64,000 nt of DNA, taken from contig OZ059895.1 in the NCBI GenBank assembly GCA_964057225.1, forward strand, positions 7,936,001 to 8,000,000. Direction: 5' to 3'. This document shows positions 57,807-64,000 of the stretch, one piece after another. Both the position numbers and the translations under genes were made by a program. Source of the DNA: Auanema rhodensis. Its lineage: Eukaryota > Animalia > Nematoda. Within the stretch, counting starts at the first letter, position 1. Every line of letters starts with the position of its first letter. A model generated the notes under the pieces. That model was not told the DNA's origin, searched no databases, and worked only from the letters and a program-made list of their open reading frames with translations.

Positions 57807-58604
57807 GTACAACTGAAAAAAGAATAACTAAGAAAAATTAGAAAAAAAAAGTATTTCTTTGTCAGAAGACAATTACGAAAAATTGAAAAGTAAAAAGGAA
57901 GAAAAAGCACAAAAAAAACACAAAAAACAGATATAACACTAGTAATATGCTGAGACAAAAGTAAAAAAATCAACATGGAACATCTTTTTTAGTTTAAAAG
58001 TATATGACGAAAGCTATGAAAGTTGAGCTTTGCATGTCTTAAGCTAAAAACGGCTTGGAAAAAATTAATAGCTGATGTGCTGAAAGCAGCTTCTGGCTAT
58101 TTCACTGCTATGGCACATAAAGCCGACCACCGTTTAGATAAGATAGGAGAGACAATTTAAAAAAGAACGGCAAAACAACAACATTTTGTTGAACAAAAAA
58201 AAAAGAAAAGAAAAGAGGAAATAAGTGTTTAAATTAAAAATATAAGTTTAGTTGAAGAATCCAAAAAAGGTGAAGTTTGATGCTAATAACCTTCAGAGAA
58301 AAAAAAACTAAAAGAAAACGATAGTAAAAACAGAAATGTTATGTTTAAATGCTTGAAATACATGAAGTGGAATGTAAAAAAATCAGGAAGAAAATAAGAT
58401 ATCCAAACAACTTTCCTCAAGGCGAAGAAATCAAAGCTGTGAGAAGAAGGAATGTTGTTGCCAATGAAGCACCTGAGTTTAAAAACCTGAAAAGCATAAT
58501 ATACACACAACATACACTTGTATGTATGTGTATAAAGGTATAGAGAGAGGGTGTGTGTGTGGGTGAAAGAGAGAGTGTATACAAGAAGGAGAGATAAAGA
58601 GGGG

Positions 58605-58654
<50 letters not shown>

Positions 58655-61600
58655 GAGGGAAATAGAAATCAGAGCTGAAAGAATGAATAATCTATTTCAA
58701 GAAAATAACATAGAAAGGTACAGATTTTTTTGCAATTTTTTGCATTTATATGATAGATATACATACATATATAGGTATATATGAATATGAATTTTTTTTC
58801 AAAAATTGCTACAACGACGACTCGATTTGCAGCTGATTTCCGGAAAGGGCACCATCCAGAGGGTAATTTGTTTGTTTAATCCTGGCAGCGAACTGAAGAA
58901 AATGAAAGAGAATAACGGAATAGAAAAGAGAAAGATGAAAGAAAGATCCCAAAAATGGTAAATGAAGCTGAATATCGGATTACGTGCTACATGAGGTGGC
59001 TGTGGATAAGACTTCTTCTACTCTCTTCGACTTGAGAAGATGATTGAAGATAATCTGAATGCTTACTTGGCCTTCTGAATATGATAGTTCATTGACCTCA
59101 CGGAATATGAGAATCTTTGATTAAGACAAAGAGGGCTAGTAAGATCAAAAGTAGTGTTGAAAATAAAGAAAAGAGCAAGTTATGTAAGATAAAAAAAAGA
59201 AAAATAACAAAAAGAGATCCAAAAAAGCATAAAAAAATCCTAATTATGTGTTTTATGTTTTTTTTTTTACCAAAAATTTATGAATTAAATATAAATTTTT
59301 TGTGATATTTGATTGCAAACGAAAAGTAAAATACCAAAAAACAAAAGATAAAAAACTGTTGAAATTTTCAATTTCGGCTTTCGTTTTGGTTGTTTAAATC
59401 TGAAAGAATTTTTCTCAAATGTGTATAGAATATTTTAAAAATGAATAGCCATGGAAATTTTTACTAAAAATTAACTGTAAATAAATATTTTTTTGGAATT
59501 CTTCATCCGGAAGTCAGGGTGAATGTGAGTGAAATGAAACAAGTGGAGAAGTAAAAGATGAAAAATGAAATCTCGTTTTTATTCAAATTTTTAGTAAAAA
59601 AATTAATTTTGTAAGAATAATTCAACGAGGAAGTAGGTGAATAAATATGGAGATTGAGACAAAGAGAACAAGAAGGAAGAAGATTAGAGAGCGAATGAAA
59701 ATGTTGTAAAGAGTGAACAAGAAAGGGGAGGGAACAGAGATAGAGAGCGAGAGGGGGGGAGTGATTGAACAAAAATGGAATTAGAAGAGAGGGAAAGAAA
59801 TAGGTAAAAAAAAGAAAATGGTAAAAAGTCATATAGTAGGACATAAAGAGAAGAAAGAGAGAGAGAGGGAGGGAGAAAGAGAGAGATAGAAGATTGACAC
59901 GACATGAAGTATCTGGGAAATTTTCTTTCCTGTTTAATTCGTCTACTCTATTTCATCATTCTCAAACTATTTTTAAATTTTTTCCTTTACTTCATCATCA
60001 GAATATGATGATTTAAGTGTCAAAAAGATAAATGAAAATTTTGAAATTTAAGTGTATTCAAGGCATAAATCTGTCCGAAAACTTAAAGTTTAATGAAATG
60101 CATGTAATTGCCTAAGGCAATTTCTTTAAAAAATATTCATTTGCAGTCATTTAAAATATTCTGAGAATGTTGATAGGAATAGTAGGATATAGATTAATAG
60201 AGAGTATTGAATATGAAGAGAAGCAGAAGACAAAAAGGTATGGATGTTGCAATAGATGGCAGGTTTACTGAGATATGATGAAAGATGACTAGTAAGTACC
60301 CAGTGCGAGAATTCTAAATGTTTTCTGTTGAAGAAAAAAAACTTTTTCTTACTAAATATGTCTTTAAAGGAAAATCTCGTACAATGTGCCAAATGCTTAA
60401 AGGAAGATATCTTCTATTCTACGACCACAGATCGGCCGCTTGCAGATGATCTTCCTGACAACTCGTCAGTAGTAGTAAATCCTTCAACTCATTCTCTCCG
60501 GCATCGTCCTCATCATCTGAATTGTCATCGTTTGAAAGCGTCTTCATCTACATGAGCAGCGTCGTTCTACATGCTCGTCGGCGTTCGTCGCTTGATTTGA
60601 CGTTTTGACGACAATCAAACGACGTCATCACCCAAAGCAATGTGGTGTCCAGACAATCCAATGTGTTATCTACCCATGTTTTCTTGCAGAGATTAAGCTT
60701 ATACGATTGCTAAGCTATTGGTAAAGCAAAAGACTAAACTATGTCTTTATAGTATATAAAAGATAAATATAGATATAGATAGATATACATATACATTGGT
60801 TAAAAGAGGTTTATTCCTCTAAATCAAACATTATTAAAACTAAAAGTTTGAAGAATTAGTCAAGACGAATGTTAAAAGAAAAACGTCAAAAACAGCGGAA
60901 AAAAATAATTTTAGATTTAATAAAATGACTTCAGAATGCTTATGTTATGTCAACCGAGTCCTTCTCTTAATAAGCTGATTCAATTAAATTTACAAAATTA
61001 AATGAAAAAAAAAATTGAATAACTTCATCTGTAGAGACAGACGTACACAAAAAAAATGTTTTTCAATGACTGGTTCTTTCTAAAGTTTTTTTTTTGTTTT
61101 TTTATCATTCTGTGATTGTTTTTTTTTTAAGAAATACGTAGATACCCACATGAATATACGCTGGAATAGCTGTTAAAGTTACTGTTTTAGGAAATAGATA
61201 AAAAGAAGTAAAAGAGATAAATAAAAAGAAAAAGAAAATAAGAAAACAAGTTGTGTGACTACTGTGCAAGCCTATTACATCCAAATTATCTTGTAACTGA
61301 TTGCAATGAATCCTGTGGCAGAGATTGTCAAATAAGGAAGAAGTTCAGCCTTAATACCTCGTATTCTCTCTTTATTTCTCTTTTCTCTCTCTCTCTTTCT
61401 TTGAACTTTTTTTTAGTTCTTTCTTTCTTTTTCGTCTTCATTTCGTTCAGAAGAAACATAAGACAACAAGACAATCACATTAGCTGTTGAATGATAGAGC
61501 CTCTATTCCCAAAGGAAAATTTTTAGTTTTATCTTGAATATAGAAGAGTAAAAGCAAAATATACCATTAAATTGGTTATTATATAAAGAAAAGCCTTTTT

Positions 61601-62290
61601 TAAATATATGAAAAGATATGCATAGATAACGTTTTTCATTCTCATCATATGTTTAGATTGACATAAGATTATACATATATAGTTTTTATAATTTTAAGTA
61701 CGATTACAACTCATATTATCTTATATTTTGATAATTTTCTTTCATCTTTTATAAAATCTTAAATAAAAAAAGAATATTGAAAATAAGATAAGAGTGTAAC
61801 TGAATGATTACTTGTCTCACTTATTCAAATTCAACACAAAAAAAATGTAAAGATTGAACAATGTTAAGCTCAACTTCTAGCACTATTTCGATTGAACTTG
61901 TGCAATACAAAACAAAGCTCGATGTTCTTAATCAAAACAATAAGATAAACAAGAACATGATTTTAAAAAAAAAGTTCATCAAATAGTAATATTAAAAAGA
62001 TCCTACAACGATATGCTCTTGGACACATCTATCTAACAAGCTGTTTCATCTATTTGAATGACTTGTCGTAGTCATTTTCGTTTTTTTTCCAGGAAACAAA
62101 ATTTAGGTAATAGATATATGTATATATTAGAATAGTTAAAATGAAATAAAATAAATTTTTTTAAATAGAAAAAAAGGAAGAAGTTGACGTATCTTACGCG
62201 AACAAATGTGAAATGTTATGCAGTAGACAAGGCTTCTAAGTAGTTTTAAGAACTCGACTAGAGAGAGAGAGAGAGAAAGAAAGAGAGAAT

Positions 62291-62353
<63 letters not shown>

Positions 62354-63021
62354 AAGAGAACAGGTAAACGGTTGCAAGTGAATAGAAAATATAAATAAGA
62401 AGATTTTTTCATCTAAAACGAAGAGAATAATAAAGAGTTTATATATATATCATGTATTATTTATGTATGTCTATACTACATGAATTCGGATTTTACTGGC
62501 TCAGATGGTCAGAACTCTGAACTATTAGGATTCATAGAATATATATTTTTATTGAAGCTTTACTATATTAAAGAATAGTAAAGCCTCCTTTTTTTTGAGG
62601 GAAAAAAAATGCGAAAAGTGAACTCTAATGCCTTTCTTCTTTCCTAAAATAATTCAGAGCATACATATATATACGACATGTTTATTAGAAAAAGCATTTA
62701 AATCCCAGAAAGTGAAATAAGAGAGTAAGAAGGAAGAATGAAGAGAATAAGAACAAGGAAGAAATAATGATTGAAGGAATGAAAGAAGGACCGAGTGAGT
62801 GGAAAGATTGACTAACAATCATATTAGCTAAAAGAAAAGATTTCTTTTAAAGACATTGTGTTTGTTTATGTTTATAAAATTATCAAAGAAATCAAGTTAG
62901 AGAGAAAAGAGAAAAGGGAGAGAATAAGAGGGAAATATAAAATAAAAATATTGAAAAGAAATGTACAGATGTAAAGATGAAGAGATGGAGAGGGTGGAAG
63001 AGATTAGGAAGAAAGATTGAT

Positions 63022-63087
<66 letters not shown>

Positions 63088-63608
63088 AACAAAAAAGAAA
63101 AAAGAGAGTTTTCTGAAATGAAAAAATATTAAATAGGAAACAGGAGGGGGTCTGGTAGGGAGAAAATGAGACGAAGAGTGAATAGAGATCAAGTTATCAA
63201 GAAAATTGAAGAAATTGAGAGGGAGAGGACTAGTAAAGTAGTGAGTGATATGGATACCGAATGACAAGCAAATTATTTAGAAAAACATTTGAAACATGCA
63301 CCAAAATGTTTACTACCTCATGAAAAGCCAAGTTCTCTTTTTGAAGTTGTCTTCTTTACGATTATTGGAAGATATTTATACATAACCACTATGAAAATGA
63401 AAAATGTAGTTTCTCAATTAGAGTATGAAAGAAGAAAAAATAAGAAAAGTAAATAAATGTTTGGATTGATGAATGAAAATATTGAATGTTTCAATGGATT
63501 AAGCATCATTCAACATCACGTTCACGTTGTCTTTTATTTTTCAGTAAAAAAAAACGTTAAAACAGAAAAATTACCGAGAAAAAAAAATAAATTTAGATTA
63601 GCAAATAC

Positions 63609-63836
63609 ATTTTCTTCTCTTCCCAATGGAATAAATTTTTTTTAAAGTATTCTAAGCTTGCTGTGTCGAAAACAGAAATAACCGTTTGTGGTTGGCATTC
63701 AGGATATTGCCAAGTTCTGGATGTGAGAAATTCTTTTTCAACATCATAGTTGGTGTGCCGTCGGAGTCCAATGAGTAGGAAGAGCACGAAGAAAGCTGCC
63801 GACGACGAAAAAAATAAAAATAAACTTGCTAATCAT
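63609..63836 (-). other. Candidate distal alternative first coding exon of the NCKX gene, interrupted by a 1-nt frameshift
   Basis: TTTTTCAG acceptor (63849-63850), ATG at 63836. One base fewer in the A7 run (63808-63814) gives MISKFIFIFSSSAAFFVLFLLIGLRRHTNY...EEKK, ending at a phase-2 donor (AT|GTATTT) that matches NCKX exon 2. Confidence 0.4.
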
Positions 63837-64000
63837 ATGCTTTTTCTTCTGAAAAACGAATAAGACAGTTGCTAAAAAATGTTTGAAAGGTAGTCTCAAA
63901 TGACAAAAAGTATTTACTATATTGCATATCGTTTAAGCTTGTTTATTTTTTTTATTTTTTGAAATGAAATCGAATTAATGTGTTGAAAAAAAGCACAAAA

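Noticed and set aside
58368-58378. TGGAATGTAAA matching the 5' end of miR-1
   Set aside because: The match stops after 11 nt and no complementary hairpin arm is evident.
792-63267. Dozens of ORFs rich in SLSLSL, RERERE or YIYIYI in the ORF track
   Set aside because: Translations of (TC)n/(GA)n/(TA)n microsatellites and AT-rich low complexity, with no splice or family support.
1-64000. CRISPR arrays, tRNA/rRNA genes, prokaryotic systems
   Set aside because: The gene structure is eukaryotic and intron-rich; I saw no repeat-spacer arrays or structural RNA signatures.

Overview
A very AT-rich eukaryotic window, most likely nematode: TTTCAG/TTTTAG acceptors, many 44-60 nt introns, and unpaired acceptors just upstream of start codons, as expected for SL trans-splicing. 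It is dense in (GA)n/(TC)n and (TA)n microsatellites. Most ORFs in the supplied track are microsatellite or low-complexity artefacts. I assembled five multi-exon genes by hand with GT-AG introns and consistent phases: (1) an orphan signal-anchored Ser/Thr-rich protein (+, 1820-2842); (2) a TMEM200/DUF2371-like protein (-, 3876-8046); (3) a minimal 129-aa TOX-like HMG-box protein (-, 13569-14313); (4) an ARHGAP6/36-like RhoGAP over about 22 kb (-, 17378-39797) with candidate alternative first exons; (5) a K+-dependent Na+/Ca2+ exchanger, NCKX/SLC24 (-, 54576-57806). The best unexplained signal is a 105-bp inverted repeat pair (104/105 identical; 27532-27636 and 33101-33205) in the two introns flanking one 193-nt RhoGAP exon, the layout typical of back-spliced circRNAs or dsRNA-driven exon skipping. 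Also notable: a distal candidate NCKX first exon broken by a single base in a homopolymer, a possible HMG-TMEM200 operon junction, and a consensus RFX X-box. Family assignments come from motif recognition only; no searches were run.
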